Source: Octopus sinensis (taxonomy: Eukaryota). Taken from it: DNA of 64,000 nt. Positions 41,601 through 50,178 of this stretch are shown one piece after another. A model generated the notes under the pieces. That model did not search any database, was not told where the DNA came from, and saw only the letters and a program-made list of their open reading frames with translations. Within the stretch, counting starts at the first letter, position 1. Each line of letters opens with the position of its first letter. A program made the position numbers and the translations under genes. The stretch spans positions 10,726,001-10,790,000 of the forward strand of contig NC_043024.1 in NCBI RefSeq assembly GCF_006345805.1, given 5' to 3'.

Positions 41601-41813
41601 TCGTTTCTGTCTATCTGCATCCCTCTCAATCTGTCTGCCCTCTGCTAGAATTCATACTGAGGTTTCTCTCTTTCTATTCTCCAGATCACCCAAGAACTCA
41701 ACGACGTCCTCGTGCCCCTTGGCTACAAGACGGAGCAGCGCGGCTACATCAAAGTCAAAGGAAAAGGAGACATGTTGACATATTTCCTGCTTTCGCCATC
41801 CGATTCTTCGTGA
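1337..41813 (+). CDS. ADCY5-like: Transmembrane adenylyl cyclase, ADCY5/6-like; 3' half of gene (12 exons, 5' exons lie upstream of the window)
   Basis: Manually spliced exons 1337-1493, 6328-6425, 8415-8499, 11058-11174, 22219-22368, 25858-26033, 27704-27851, 29527-29646, 36552-36698, 38188-38389, 39878-40002, 41685-41813 total 1654 nt and give one open frame ending in TGA. Motifs [17 protein letters not shown] (C1b), [48 protein letters not shown] and KVKGKG follow mammalian AC5/6 order and exon phases. Confidence 0.96.
2473..2873 (+). mobile_element. Non-autonomous Helitron/Helentron-type element
   Basis: Begins actagcagtatcgcccggcgttgctcggg, ends cacttttatatataaagat; full inverted copy at 10383-10773; class assignment from recalled terminal motifs. 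Confidence 0.7.
2963..3440. mobile_element. RTE-clade LINE fragment with internal inversion
   Basis: + strand 3126-3440 encodes RT motifs [14 protein letters not shown] and [11 protein letters not shown]; - strand 3123-2983 encodes the RTE C-terminus [14 protein letters not shown]...[11 protein letters not shown]...*. Confidence 0.9.
4690..5410. repeat. (GGT/GTT/GAT)n compound microsatellite; similar arrays at 11189-11870, 14980-15450, 32700-33480
   Basis: Direct reading; source of spurious poly-V/T/P ORFs. Confidence 0.95.
6328..6425 (+). CDS. ADCY5-like: Adenylyl cyclase exon (start of M2): [32 protein letters not shown]
   Basis: ttccag acceptor, gtaagt donor; phase 0 in, phase 2 out; hydrophobic helix matching AC5 YSKQVDDRF...VQITIVP. 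Confidence 0.92.
6900..6954 (-). ncRNA. Type I hammerhead-ribozyme-like fold, antisense to cyclase
   Basis: - strand: gtct-CTGATGA-a-gggatatt(loop)aatatcct-a-GAAAC-agct-GTA-agac; 4-bp stem I; stem III palindrome ACAGCTGT; extra A on each side of stem II is atypical. Confidence 0.65.
7546..7638 (+). ncRNA. Type I hammerhead ribozyme fold, sense to cyclase intron 2
   Basis: cctttctttc-CTGATGA-gaagat...gtcttc-GAAAC-atat-GTC-gagag(t)aaagg; 10-bp stem I with one bulge; G-C-closed stem II; palindrome ACATATGT. Confidence 0.85.
7720..8410. repeat. CT-rich tract with ctctctaactcttccactc units, upstream of the exon-3 acceptor; similar CT tract at 26040-26640
   Basis: Direct reading. Confidence 0.85.
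8415..8499 (+). CDS. ADCY5-like: Adenylyl cyclase exon (M2 helix): (R)[28 protein letters not shown]
   Basis: ccacag acceptor after a long CT tract, gtcagt donor; completes the phase-2 codon and ends in phase 0. Confidence 0.85.
10383..10773 (-). mobile_element. Inverted copy of the 2473-2873 Helitron-type element
   Basis: Reverse-complement match along its length. Confidence 0.75.
11058..11174 (+). CDS. ADCY5-like: Adenylyl cyclase exon (M2): [39 protein letters not shown]
   Basis: ttcgcag acceptor, gtaagt donor, 39 codons; positionally equivalent to AC5 LFPSPLQTLSRKIVRS...AAFVNM. Confidence 0.85.
12724..13160 (+). mobile_element. 3' end of a CR1/Jockey-like non-LTR retrotransposon (ORF2 C-terminus and 3' tail)
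   Basis: Open frame [12 protein letters not shown]...[16 protein letters not shown]...[14 protein letters not shown]...NSLMHQ, stop at 13081-13083, then tail ggcggtgccccagcatggccacagc. Confidence 0.8.
16344..16436 (-). ncRNA. Type I hammerhead ribozyme fold within a fold-back element
   Basis: - strand: taattgg-CTGATGA-gtgct..catttta...taaaatg..agtac-GAAAC-gatc-GTA-cca(a)atta; palindrome ACGATCGT. Confidence 0.8.
16630..16948 (+). mobile_element. Non-autonomous mariner derivative (MITE)
   Basis: About 28-bp TIRs tgaagggatgctgataagttcctggttt / aaagccaggaacttttcagcacccctca, TA flanks; internal [19 protein letters not shown] transposase C-terminal remnant. Confidence 0.85.
17211..17553. mobile_element. 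Fold-back element (putative Penelope-derived) enclosing a hammerhead
   Basis: Inverted ends taaattag..aaaa..ccaccttt / aaaggtgg..tttttctaattta; related ends at about 20661 and 36221-36460. Confidence 0.6.
17297..17391 (+). ncRNA. Type I hammerhead ribozyme fold, sense to cyclase intron 4
   Basis: taac-CTGAAGA-gtgggtatattta...taaatatagccac-GAAAC-acgt-GTT-gtta; palindrome ACACGTGT. Confidence 0.75.
18100..18545 (+). mobile_element. Retroposon family C with (GAT)n tail
   Basis: Core gttggcgttaggaagggcatccagc...ggacgttaaacgatgatgat; other copies at about 965-1240, 5668-5958, 13392-13740(-), 20430-20645, 38790-39150, 40645-41050, 46650-46945. Confidence 0.85.
18569..18934 (-). mobile_element. 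Helitron/Helentron-type element, second subfamily
   Basis: - strand starts actagcacaatgacctggcaacgctgggtcatagtgctagt (terminal hairpin), ends tttatatatatagagat. Confidence 0.6.
20830..21370 (+). pseudogene. maT/DD37D-type Tc1-mariner transposase 3' fragment with right end
   Basis: VLPWVKK...YVWQ*DS...WLSDNF...[15 protein letters not shown]...[13 protein letters not shown]; ends ...catcctgTA. Confidence 0.85.
21733..22136 (+). mobile_element. SINE family A, full-length representative (tRNA-like head, CORE-like ccttgggcaagt, internal (TA/TG)n, agtaaaag tail)
   Basis: Other copies at about 1643-2260(+), 12145-12700(+), 15805-16210(-), 18985-19490(-), 25325-25757(-), 27923-28470(+), 31195-31520(-), 35120-35285(+), 40244-40643(+), 41320-41530(-), 43745-44115(-), 44450-44617(-), 47985-48207(-), 48740-49047(+), 50305-50705(+), 52960-53340(-). 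Confidence 0.9.
22219..22368 (+). CDS. ADCY5-like: Adenylyl cyclase exon (large extracellular loop with N-X-S/T sequons): [50 protein letters not shown]
   Basis: caacag acceptor, gtaagt donor, 50 codons; two Cys and terminal FPE as in AC5/6. Confidence 0.92.
22408..23198 (+). mobile_element. Head-to-tail dimer of a Helitron-type element
   Basis: Two units of about 395 bp (22408-22802, 22803-23198) with the same termini as 2473-2873 but a different interior. Confidence 0.75.
23470..24090. repeat. Degenerate (TA)n/(TATG)n array; similar at 19930-20430 and 33900-34850
   Basis: Direct reading. Confidence 0.95.
24151..24175 (+). ncRNA. 3' half of a hammerhead fold (core lost)
   Basis: aagctgc-GAAAC-aatt-GTC-gttaag; gttaag is complementary to the cttaac preceding the core of the 17.3 kb copy. 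Confidence 0.45.
24626..25152 (-). pseudogene. Tc1-like transposase 5' fragment (HTH domain) with one terminus
   Basis: [20 protein letters not shown]...[12 protein letters not shown]...PGRP, then after a stop [17 protein letters not shown]; TA at the terminus; truncated by (TA)n. Confidence 0.85.
25858..26033 (+). CDS. ADCY5-like: Adenylyl cyclase exon (M2): [58 protein letters not shown]
   Basis: ttccag acceptor, gtaagt donor; matches AC5 YFTYSVLL...VFLQIS..KL...LFDNADLL. Confidence 0.95.
26950..27665. repeat. (ATT/ATC)n microsatellite ending just before a cyclase exon
   Basis: Direct reading. Confidence 0.95.
27704..27851 (+). CDS. ADCY5-like: Adenylyl cyclase exon (last TM and helical domain): [49 protein letters not shown]
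   Basis: ttccag acceptor, gtaagt donor; [10 protein letters not shown] motif. Confidence 0.95.
28650..29450 (+). mobile_element. SINE family B (MetaSINE/MESC-like central domain), head plus four tandem bodies
   Basis: Core gactttgcctttcatcctttcggggtcgataaattaagtaccag; other copies at about 5425-5630, 5975-6180, 9085-9670, 14127-14545, 23215-23415, 26775-26950, 30823-31000, 39424-39843, 44190-44418(-), 49655-49790(-), 54000-54225(-), 54740-55020(-), 58300-58570(-). Domain name is from memory. Confidence 0.85.
29527..29646 (+). CDS. ADCY5-like: Adenylyl cyclase exon: [40 protein letters not shown]
   Basis: ttgcag acceptor, gtaaaa donor, 40 codons; AYN...NILP.VA.HFL motif. Confidence 0.95.
29866..30210 (-). 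mobile_element. 3' end of an RTE-like LINE (frameshifted)
   Basis: [12 protein letters not shown]...[18 protein letters not shown]; short caaga-repeat tail near 29870-29885. Confidence 0.8.
30240..30400 (+). pseudogene. Mariner transposase fragment
   Basis: [38 protein letters not shown] resembles the mariner HPPYSPDLAPxDF.LF motif. Confidence 0.75.
31600..32100 (-). mobile_element. Degenerate CR1-like LINE 3' fragment
   Basis: - strand [16 protein letters not shown] resembles CR1 FFSxRVVxxWNxLP; many stops upstream. Confidence 0.55.
35474..36054. mobile_element. Nested fold-back element (putative Penelope-derived)
   Basis: Outer arms of about 150 bp (35474-35630 / 35900-36054); inner arms of about 65 bp (35642-35708 / 35749-35815). 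Confidence 0.7.
35684..35729 (-). ncRNA. Minimal hammerhead with damaged stem II
   Basis: gacac-CTGATGA-...-cagcc-GAAAC-GTT-gtgtt; intact stem II (ggctg...cagcc) survives in the opposite arm at 35741-35760. Confidence 0.55.
36552..36698 (+). CDS. ADCY5-like: Adenylyl cyclase exon (C2a start): [49 protein letters not shown]
   Basis: tttcag acceptor, gtaaga donor, 49 codons; canonical C2 motifs. Confidence 0.97.
36981..37015 (-). ncRNA. Degenerate minimal hammerhead-like motif
   Basis: cttt-ctgtaaa-gagc gtag gctc-GAAAC-ATA-aaag; stems intact, core mutated. Confidence 0.35.
37415..37450 (+). ncRNA. Minimal hammerhead-like motif, sense to cyclase intron 9
   Basis: gttt-CTGATGA-a-gagc tct gctc-GAAAC-ATA-aatc; ATA is probably CpG-decayed GTA. 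Confidence 0.5.
37565..37600 (-). ncRNA. Minimal hammerhead-like motif with variant core
   Basis: cttt-CTGTCGA-a-gagc atag gctc-GAAAC-GTG-aaag. Confidence 0.4.
38188..38389 (+). CDS. ADCY5-like: Adenylyl cyclase exon (C2a): [67 protein letters not shown](G)
   Basis: ttccag acceptor; weak gtgaag donor in phase 1, matching the next exon; KIKTIG and HSFNNF motifs. Confidence 0.96.
39878..40002 (+). CDS. ADCY5-like: Adenylyl cyclase exon (C2a catalytic): (G)[41 protein letters not shown]
   Basis: tttcag acceptor, gtaagc donor; adenine-specifying Asp and catalytic Asn/Arg present. Confidence 0.98.
41685..41813 (+). CDS. ADCY5-like: Adenylyl cyclase terminal coding exon: [42 protein letters not shown]
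   Basis: ctccag acceptor; RG.I.VKGKG.M.TYFL motif; TGA at 41811-41813. Confidence 0.97.
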   Translation: MTQELNDVLVPLGYKTEQRGYIKVKGKGDMLTYFLLSPSDSS

Positions 41814-42154
41814 GAACCCAAAATCTCCCCCAACACATTTGAAAGACTTCAAAACACACAGAGGGCAATATGGGGCGAATGGCGAAAACTATGAACAAAG
41901 ATTTGCAGTAAATGATGTGAACACATTGAACAATGTGAACGCAATGAACTTTTTGTAACAGTGAACAATGTGTTTACTGTTTGATGAATGTGATAGAAAT
42001 ACAAGTTTGGACTTCTGAAACTAACAAATTTTACTTGGTGTTTATGCAGACACATCAATACAAACATACATACATATATATATATAACATATATATATAT
42101 ATATATACACACACACATACTTAAATGCATGCACCTATATATAATGTATAGATG

Positions 42155-42206
<52 letters not shown>

Positions 42207-42444
42207 TGTGTGTGTGTGTGGTATATATAAACATATACACACATTCTATAATACACAAACATATAGGATATATATTATATATGTACATGTGTGTATACAT
42301 ACATACATATATATATAATAATATATATTATATTATTATATATATATGTATATATATGTGTGTGTGTGTATATATATATATAAACATATACACACATTCT
42401 AAAATACACAAACATATGTGATATATATTTTATATAAATTATAT

Positions 42445-42476
<32 letters not shown>

Positions 42477-44152
42477 TATATGTATATTTATTATATGTGT
42501 GTGTGTATCAAAACATAAACATACTTAAATATACACATATATATTATATACACATATAATATATATATGTGTGGTTGTGTGTGTATATTAATATATATAT
42601 ATATATATATATATTAATAAATGGGATATGTATATACACACATGCAAGCACATATATGGTCGGGGTATACATACACACACACGCACACACATTCCTTCAC
42701 CTAACATTCCAATGAGCTTCTCCTGCTGGTTTCCACCTTATGATTACTCCTTCACTTCTCAATTCAAATCATAAGTTCAAAGTTCGAAACCCTGTTAAAC
42801 TTTGCAATTATGTATTCTATTTATCAAAAGGAGTTCCGCCCCCGCTTCCAACATCTCTTTTAATCCTCACGGTAAAGCGTAGATCGAAGGTTCAAGTTTG
42901 GCTGAAGTTAGACATCCTATAGAAATGTTTCCGTTATCCTTCGTTCACAGAAGCCAGTTTTAATATCGTTATATCTGTCACAGCATTATTATTGTCATTA
43001 TGGACATCATCATCATTATCACCATTGTCGTCATCATCATCATCATCATTACCATTTAACGTCCATTTATATTTTGTATTTTGTGTATAGTAATCAGTAA
43101 CTTTTATAATTTTATTGAATTAGATGCATATTTTGCCATAGAAGGAAAATGTTACTATCAATCTATTTTCTTCAGATTAGGCATTGCCTACCTTGCTTAG
43201 CCAGGGGGCACATCCTTGATATATATGTATATTATCTGAAGTGTACAGTATTATATCCATTAAGGCCAATCTTACCAGTTGGTTTCGTGCTAGGGATTCA
43301 ACGGAGTGTTAAGTAACAATCCGATTATATAACCCCATGTTCATCAGAGGTCACTGATATGGAATCAAATGTGGTGACTGCTCTCTATAGTTGGAGGTGA
43401 ATGGACATATCCAGTTTACATACATACATACATATACTTATATACATTCATGTGTGAAGGAGTGTAAAATATGTGTGTTTTAAGTGAGAGCAAAGGAAAG
43501 AGATCATAAAATCGTTAAATATCAACAAAACAACAATCAGAAAAATACTTTAGAAATATTCAGTTAAGCTTAATATTTTGAGTGAAAAAGCTCCTTTTCA
43601 ACACCTCCAAAGACAGGGTAGAATATAAACAATGTCCATTCTGTTGGTATATTTTGAATTACAGCAGAAACTCATCAGTGTAAAACTTTTGTTCCATTTA
43701 AATTTTTAGAAATGGATTACAGCAAACATAGTAACATAGATGTTTACTCTTTACTCTTTTACTTGTTTCAGTCATTTGACTGTGGCCATGCAGGAGCACC
43801 ACCTTTAGTCAAGCAAATCGACCCCGGGACTTATCCTTTGTAAGCTGAGTACTTATTCTATCGGTCTCTTTTGCCGAAATGCTATGTTACGGGGACATAA
43901 ACACACCAGCATCGTTTGTCAAACGATGTTGGGGGGACAAACAGAGACACACAAGCACACACACACATACATATATACAACGGGCTTCTTTCAGTTTCCG
44001 TCTACCAAATCCACTCATAAGGCTTTGGTCGGCCCGAGGCTATAGTAGAAGACACTTGCCCAAAGGTGCCACGCAGTGGGACTGAACCCGGAACTTATAC
44101 ACAGCCACTCCTATGCCTATATATATATATATATATATATATACACTATATG

Positions 44153-44192
<40 letters not shown>

Positions 44193-44783
44193 CTTTACTA
44201 CCCACAAGGGGCTAAACACAGAGAGGACAAACAAGGACAGACAAACGGATGAAGCCGATCATATCGACCCCAGTGCGAAACTGGTACTTAATTTATCGAC
44301 CCCGAAAGGATGAAAGGCAAAGTCTACCTCGGCGGAATTTGAACTCAGAACGTAGCGGCAGACGAAATACGGCTACGCATTTCGCCCGGCGTGCTAACGT
44401 TTCTGCCAGCTTGCCGCCATATATATATATATATGTATATGTACACACATATATATGATGGGCTTCTCTCAGTTTCCGTCTACCAAATCCACTCACAAGG
44501 CTTTGGTCAGCCTAAGGCTATAGTAGAAGACACTTGCCCAAGGTGTCAAGCAGTGGGACTGAACCCGGAACCATGTGGTTGGTAAGCAAACTACTTACCA
44601 CACAGCCACGCCTGCGCCTAAGGTAAACAGACATGCAATATTGCACACTTTTAATTGTGTACTACTACTACAACTACTACTACTATTACTACTACTATAA
44701 CTACTGATAATAATAATGATTGTAATGATGATGGTAATAATTTCTTTTATAATAATGATGATGACGATGATGATAATTTCTTT

Positions 44784-44831
<48 letters not shown>

Positions 44832-44931
44832 NNNNNNNNNNNNNNNNNNNNNNNNNNNNNNNNNNNNNNNNNNNNNNNNNNNNNNNNNNNNNNNNNNNNN
44901 NNNNNNNNNNNNNNNNNNNNNNNNNNNNNNN
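44832..44931. other. Assembly gap (100 N)
   Basis: Run of exactly 100 N, typical placeholder of unknown size. Confidence 0.99.
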
Positions 44932-44933
44932 AA

Positions 44934-45231
44934 GTGTCCCGGTGCGCGCACTTGCTGCGCTATCTAGTTTTGACTAGTCGATCCTATTTTGTGCTTTGTG
45001 TTTTATATAATTTGTTTAAAAAGATTTTACTGTGTTTTGGTGTTTTATTTGTTTTTAAAAAATTATTTATTTTGTGTTTTTGTGTTTTATTTTCTTAGTT
45101 TAAAAAAAATCATTTACTTTGTGTGAAAAAATTATTTATTTTGTTTTATTTACTTTACTAGGTAGTCGTTGTAGGATCGACTAGTTACGACTAGCTAGCG
45201 CGACTACGCGAGTGCGCGCACCGGTACCACT
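44934..45231. mobile_element. MITE-like element with about 50-bp imperfect TIRs
   Basis: ccggtgcgcgcact and actagtcgatccta each recur exactly inverted; T-rich interior. Confidence 0.6.
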
Positions 45232-45458
45232 CTTCTTAATTAGTACCTACAATTTCTACATACTGGTTCAATAACTGTTCTTTGTAGTTTAGTCAACCAC
45301 ATCAATACCAGTGATTTATTATTATTATTATTATTATTATTTCTGTCTGATAATTATAATTGATTTAACTTAAATTTAATCACAAAATTATGCAATTTAA
45401 GAAGACTTTTTAAAAAGCGGTTACGCTTTTTAAAACGACACCGGTTTTTCACGCGGTG

Positions 45459-45575
45459 GAAACTGAAAAGTTCCTGGTTAAAGAAAATCCAGGCGGATCA
45501 ATTAATTAATTATGATTTTTAAGCAACATATTCCGCTCGCAGATTATTGCAGCGGTTCTTCAGTTTTTCTAAGTT
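45459..45575 (-). mobile_element. Partial copy of the same mariner derivative (3' end)
   Basis: Reverse complement reads cttagaaaaactgaagaaccgctgcaat...aaccaggaacttttcag. Confidence 0.65.
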
Positions 45576-45977
45576 TGGTTTGACTATTATTACAACCCCT
45601 CGCGCCCCATGTATGGGCAGAGGAGCTCGTGAGGGTCAATGGCTATCGTGTTTAGGTCCGCTGTTCATCACACGTGTGGTGTACTTGCACCAACTGTTGC
45701 TATCAGCTGTTCCAAAAAACGTGAATGGTCCCATAGTAGCCATTACCACTTTAAACAAGTCCCTAGGGATTTGCGTGTTCCGCTTTTTATTAAGCTTAGA
45801 AAGTTTCTTTCGCCACAACTTTCTCTCACTCTTCCTTCTGTTGGCCAGCTCGCTTAGCCAGCGGGGTGGCGTCATTTGAAGGCTAAAACAATGCGAAGCG
45901 CACTGTGACCAGCGATGTGTAACAACATCTGATAGCCTAGTCGCCACGGTGTATTATATATATATATATATATATAT

Positions 45978-46011
<34 letters not shown>

Positions 46012-46074
46012 AGGTCCCGGGTTGAGTCGGGGTTAACCACAGTAAATAAGGTACTCAATACATAGAGTAAATTA

Positions 46075-46168
46075 ATTTATTTTATAGAAGGAGCTTCTAC
46101 AGGACTAGAACTGTTTCATTTGAATGAAACAGTTCTAGTCCTGTAGAAGCTCCTTCTATAAAATAAAT
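46075..46168. repeat. Perfect palindrome, 46-bp arms, 2-nt spacer
   Basis: Arms 46075-46120 and 46123-46168. Confidence 0.95.
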
Positions 46169-47476
46169 ATATATATATAATATATATATATATTATATAT
46201 ATAGCAAAATTTAGATTCAAATGAATATGGTACTTAATTTAGATGCACCAGAATTCTGTATGGTGTTATCCATAAAAATCCGTGGGGTGATTATAATCAA
46301 AATAAGCAACAAGAATGACTCAGGTAATTTGGTACGATCGTTTCGTACTACATCATTATATATATGAACGTCATCCAGCCATAGAAACCAAGCCAAATCA
46401 GACTGGAGCCTAGCGTGGCCCTCCGGCTTACCAGTCCTAGTTAAACTGTCTAACCCATACCAGCATAGAAAACAGATGCTAAATGTGATGATGATGATTT
46501 TATATATAGGTGTGTGTGCTAGAAGAATGCTGTGCGTGAGAAGACCCGGCAGGACAAGTGAGACCATAACCCGTGGCCTTTACCTGGGATGTAGCCAGTC
46601 CACTTATGCATACCTTTCCTTCTTGGGACACAAAACTCTGCTTGCAAAGACCTGTTGAGGCAAGTGAAATCAAAATCGATCAAAAATCAATGGAAATTGT
46701 AGTTGTGATACCAGTGCCGGTGGCACGTAAAAGAACCATCAGCCTCGCCTGGCACCTGTGCCGGTGGCATGTAAAAAGCACCCACTACACTCATGGAGTG
46801 GTTGGCGTTAGGAAGGGCATCCAGCTGTAGAAACATTGCCAGATCAGACTGGGCCTGGTGCAGCCTCCTGGCTTCCAAGACCCCGGTCAAACTGTCCAAC
46901 CCATGCCAACATGGAAAGCGGACGCTAAACGATGATGATGATGTGTGTGTGTGTGTGTGTGTGCGTGTGTATATGGGCTAGTAGTACTTGTTGCACTAGA
47001 CTTCCTTCTTAAGTTCAGAGATAATAGAGAAAGGGGCAATGAGGACAGGTAGAGGATGCTACTGGACGTCTTTAGCTTGACCCTGCACACACAGACAACC
47101 ACAGGGTGATGGTTGCTTTCTACAGCCCTGCACTGTGTCACTGGGCCCTCCTGAAGTCCCCTTTGTTGAAGTAACGAGAGAGTCCATTAATCTGTTGACG
47201 CACGGTTCATCTGCTTCAATTAGTTATCACTAAAACATTGTTAAACTTTCTGGTTCAGAATTACCAGAATCACATCTTCATCTGCTCTTGTGAATCACTG
47301 TAACCTCAGCCCTCCTCTAGTTCTGGGATGACATCTTTTAATGTCCATCTTCCATACTACCATGGGCTGAGGGTTTGACAGGATCTTATGAGTTTGAAGG
47401 CCACATTATGCTCTATTGTTGGCTGTGGCATGTTTTCTATGGTTGGATGCCCTTCCTAATGCCAACCACTTTACAG

Positions 47477-47918
47477 AGTGGACCGGATGCTTTTTATGTG
47501 ACATCTTGGAGCTTGTAGGGCCGAGAGCTGTACCTGGTTCCATTGTCAGCTGTGACATGGGTTCTATGGTTGGATGGTAATGCCAACCACTTTGGCGGAT
47601 GATATTGACATCTAGCTTGTAGGGCCGAGAGCTGTACCTGGTTCCATTGTCGGCTGTGGCAGGGTTCTATGGTGGACCATCCTAAGCAAACCATTTAAAG
47701 AGTGGACCGGATGCTTTTAGTGACATCTTGGAGCTTTGGCCGAGAGCTTTACCTGGTTCATGTCAGCTGTGACATGGGTCTATGGTTGGATGCCATTCCT
47801 AATGCCAACCACTTTAGAGTGGACCGGATGCTTTTTAGTGACATCTGGAGGTTGTAGGGCCGAGAGCTGTACCTGGTTCCATTGTCAGCTGTGACATGGG
47901 TTCTATGGTTGGATGCCC
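47477..47918. repeat. About four tandem units of 110-120 bp containing inverted family-C sequence
   Basis: gggccgagagctgtacctggttccattgtcagctgtg recurs with indels. Confidence 0.8.
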
Positions 47919-50178
47919 ATAAGGCGGCGAGCTAGCAGAAACTTTTATTCTTTTACTTGAATGAAGATCAAATGTTGAGGAATACTCTTTTACTTGTTTC
48001 AGTCATTTGACTGTGGCCATGCTGGAGCACTGCCTTTAGTCGAGCAAATCGACCCCGGGACTTATTCTGTGTAAGCCTAGTACTTATTCTATCGGTCTCT
48101 TTTGCCGAAACACTAAGTGACAGGGACATAAACACACCACTCAGTGGGGCTGAACCCAGAACTATGTGGTTGATAAGCAAGCTACTTACCACACAGCCAC
48201 TCCTACGCCAATAAATGACAAATATACATTAGACGGAAGGTACGGATGAGTAGGTGATAACTGTAAAGCAGTGACTCTCAGCCATTTTTTACCTGAAGAC
48301 TCCTTCGATTACCATTTTATTCTCTTAGACCCTCCACAGCCCTTGGAGGTCTTAGAAATTGTCTTATATTTTTATAATTAAATACTATTTGGATTTGGAT
48401 TTTTTAAAAATGCTAAAATATTTTGAGTATTGTAGAATTGTTGTGGAGGCATGTGGCTTAGTGGTTAGGGTGTTGAACACATGATCGTAAGAATGTGGTT
48501 TCAATTCCTGGACCGGGCAACGCGTTGTGTTCTTGAGCAAAACACTTCATTTCACGTTGCTCCAGTCCACTCAGCTGGCAAAAATGAGTAACGCTGCGAT
48601 GGACTGGCATCCCATCCAGCTGGGGAACACATACGCCATAGACACAGGGAAACCGGGGCCATGAGCCTGGCTAGGCTTTAAAAGGGCGCATTTATTTTAG
48701 TTTTTATTGCAGAATTGTAACCAATTTATTGCACATGTGTAGCTGTGTAGTAAGATGTTTTTGCTTCTCAACCACATGGTTCCAGGTTCAGTCCCACTGC
48801 GTGGCACCTTGGGCAAGTGTCTTCTACTATAGCCTCAGGTCGACCAAAGCCTTGTGAGTGGATTTGGTAGACGGAAACTGAAAGAAGGCTGTTGTATGTG
48901 TGTGTGTGTCTGGTGTATTTAGGTCCCCGTAACTTACCAGTTCAGCAAAAGAGACCGATGGAATAAGTACTAGGGTGATTTGTGATTTGTTTGACTAAAG
49001 GCGGTGCTCCAGCATGGCTGCAGTCAAATGACTGAAACAAATAAAAGAATATATTTTAACAAGTAACCAAATCTTTAATAGAACCCGCTGGGACCATATG
49101 CACCTTGGCTGAGAATCACTACTGCACAAATGGGGTAGAGTTGAGGGGTGGATGTTGTGAATGGTAGACAGGGGTAGGAAGTAAGGGAGACTAGATAACA
49201 ACCGACAGCAGAGAAAAGGGGTGGAAAGAGGCAGAACAGAAATAGAGACAGAGCAGAGCAGGGGAAAAACAAGAGAGAGAGAGAGGAGAGAGAGATATGT
49301 GGGTGGGTAGAACGGAAGGGTGTCAGGGGAGTGGCAGACACAGAAGGGCATCAGGAGAGTGGGAGATATGTGTGGTGGTGGTGGTGGTGGTGAAGAAGGA
49401 GAGATAATTTGCTGGCAGAGAAGGGAGTTCAATGTGAGTGGAAGAAGACTGGATTAAGAACGAGGGGTGGATATCAAGGGTAAGATAACTGGTATCAGCG
49501 GAAAAGATGATAAACTATGCAGTACTGTTCCCATTTAATTAGAGTAGCAGAAGACTGCGGTTAAGGGGTTGATGGAAGGGTTGGCGATAGAGAGATGGAG
49601 CTGGGGGATGGCTTGAGGAAGAAATTTAGAGAGGGTCCCAGTTGTTCATATATCTGTTTCTTTACTACCCACAAGGGGCTAAACACAGAGGGGACAAACA
49701 AGGACAGACAAACGGATTAAGTCAATTATATCGATCCCAGTGCGTAACTGGTACTTAATTTATCGACCCCGAAAGGATGAAAGGATGAAAATACAACACC
49801 CTTATCTAGTGGTAAGGGTGTTGTACTCGCAATCACAATATTGTGGTTTCAATTCCTAAACTGGGGGGTGCATTGTGCTCTTGAGCAAAACACTTCATCT
49901 CGCGTTGCTCTGCAATCACTTTGGCATCTGACGCATGGCACACTGTGACACCTTTTAAGACAACATCGATTTGATGGAGGGCATGAGCTGATTTGGCAAC
50001 GGCTGAGCGCTCATAGGTCTTTGACAGGTGAGTCCATCGTAGATGTAATGTAGCGAGTGTTCAAATCCAAGTTGTGTCATGCGTGTGTGTGTATGCTTTT
50101 CTATGTTTGTTGCACCACACTCCCTCTGCTTCACAACCAAAGTTGGTTTGTTTATATCCCCAAAACTTAGCGTTTCAA

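Noticed and set aside
42616-42621. AATAAA as the cyclase polyadenylation signal
   Set aside because: Lies within AT microsatellite context; cannot be distinguished from chance without 3' reads.
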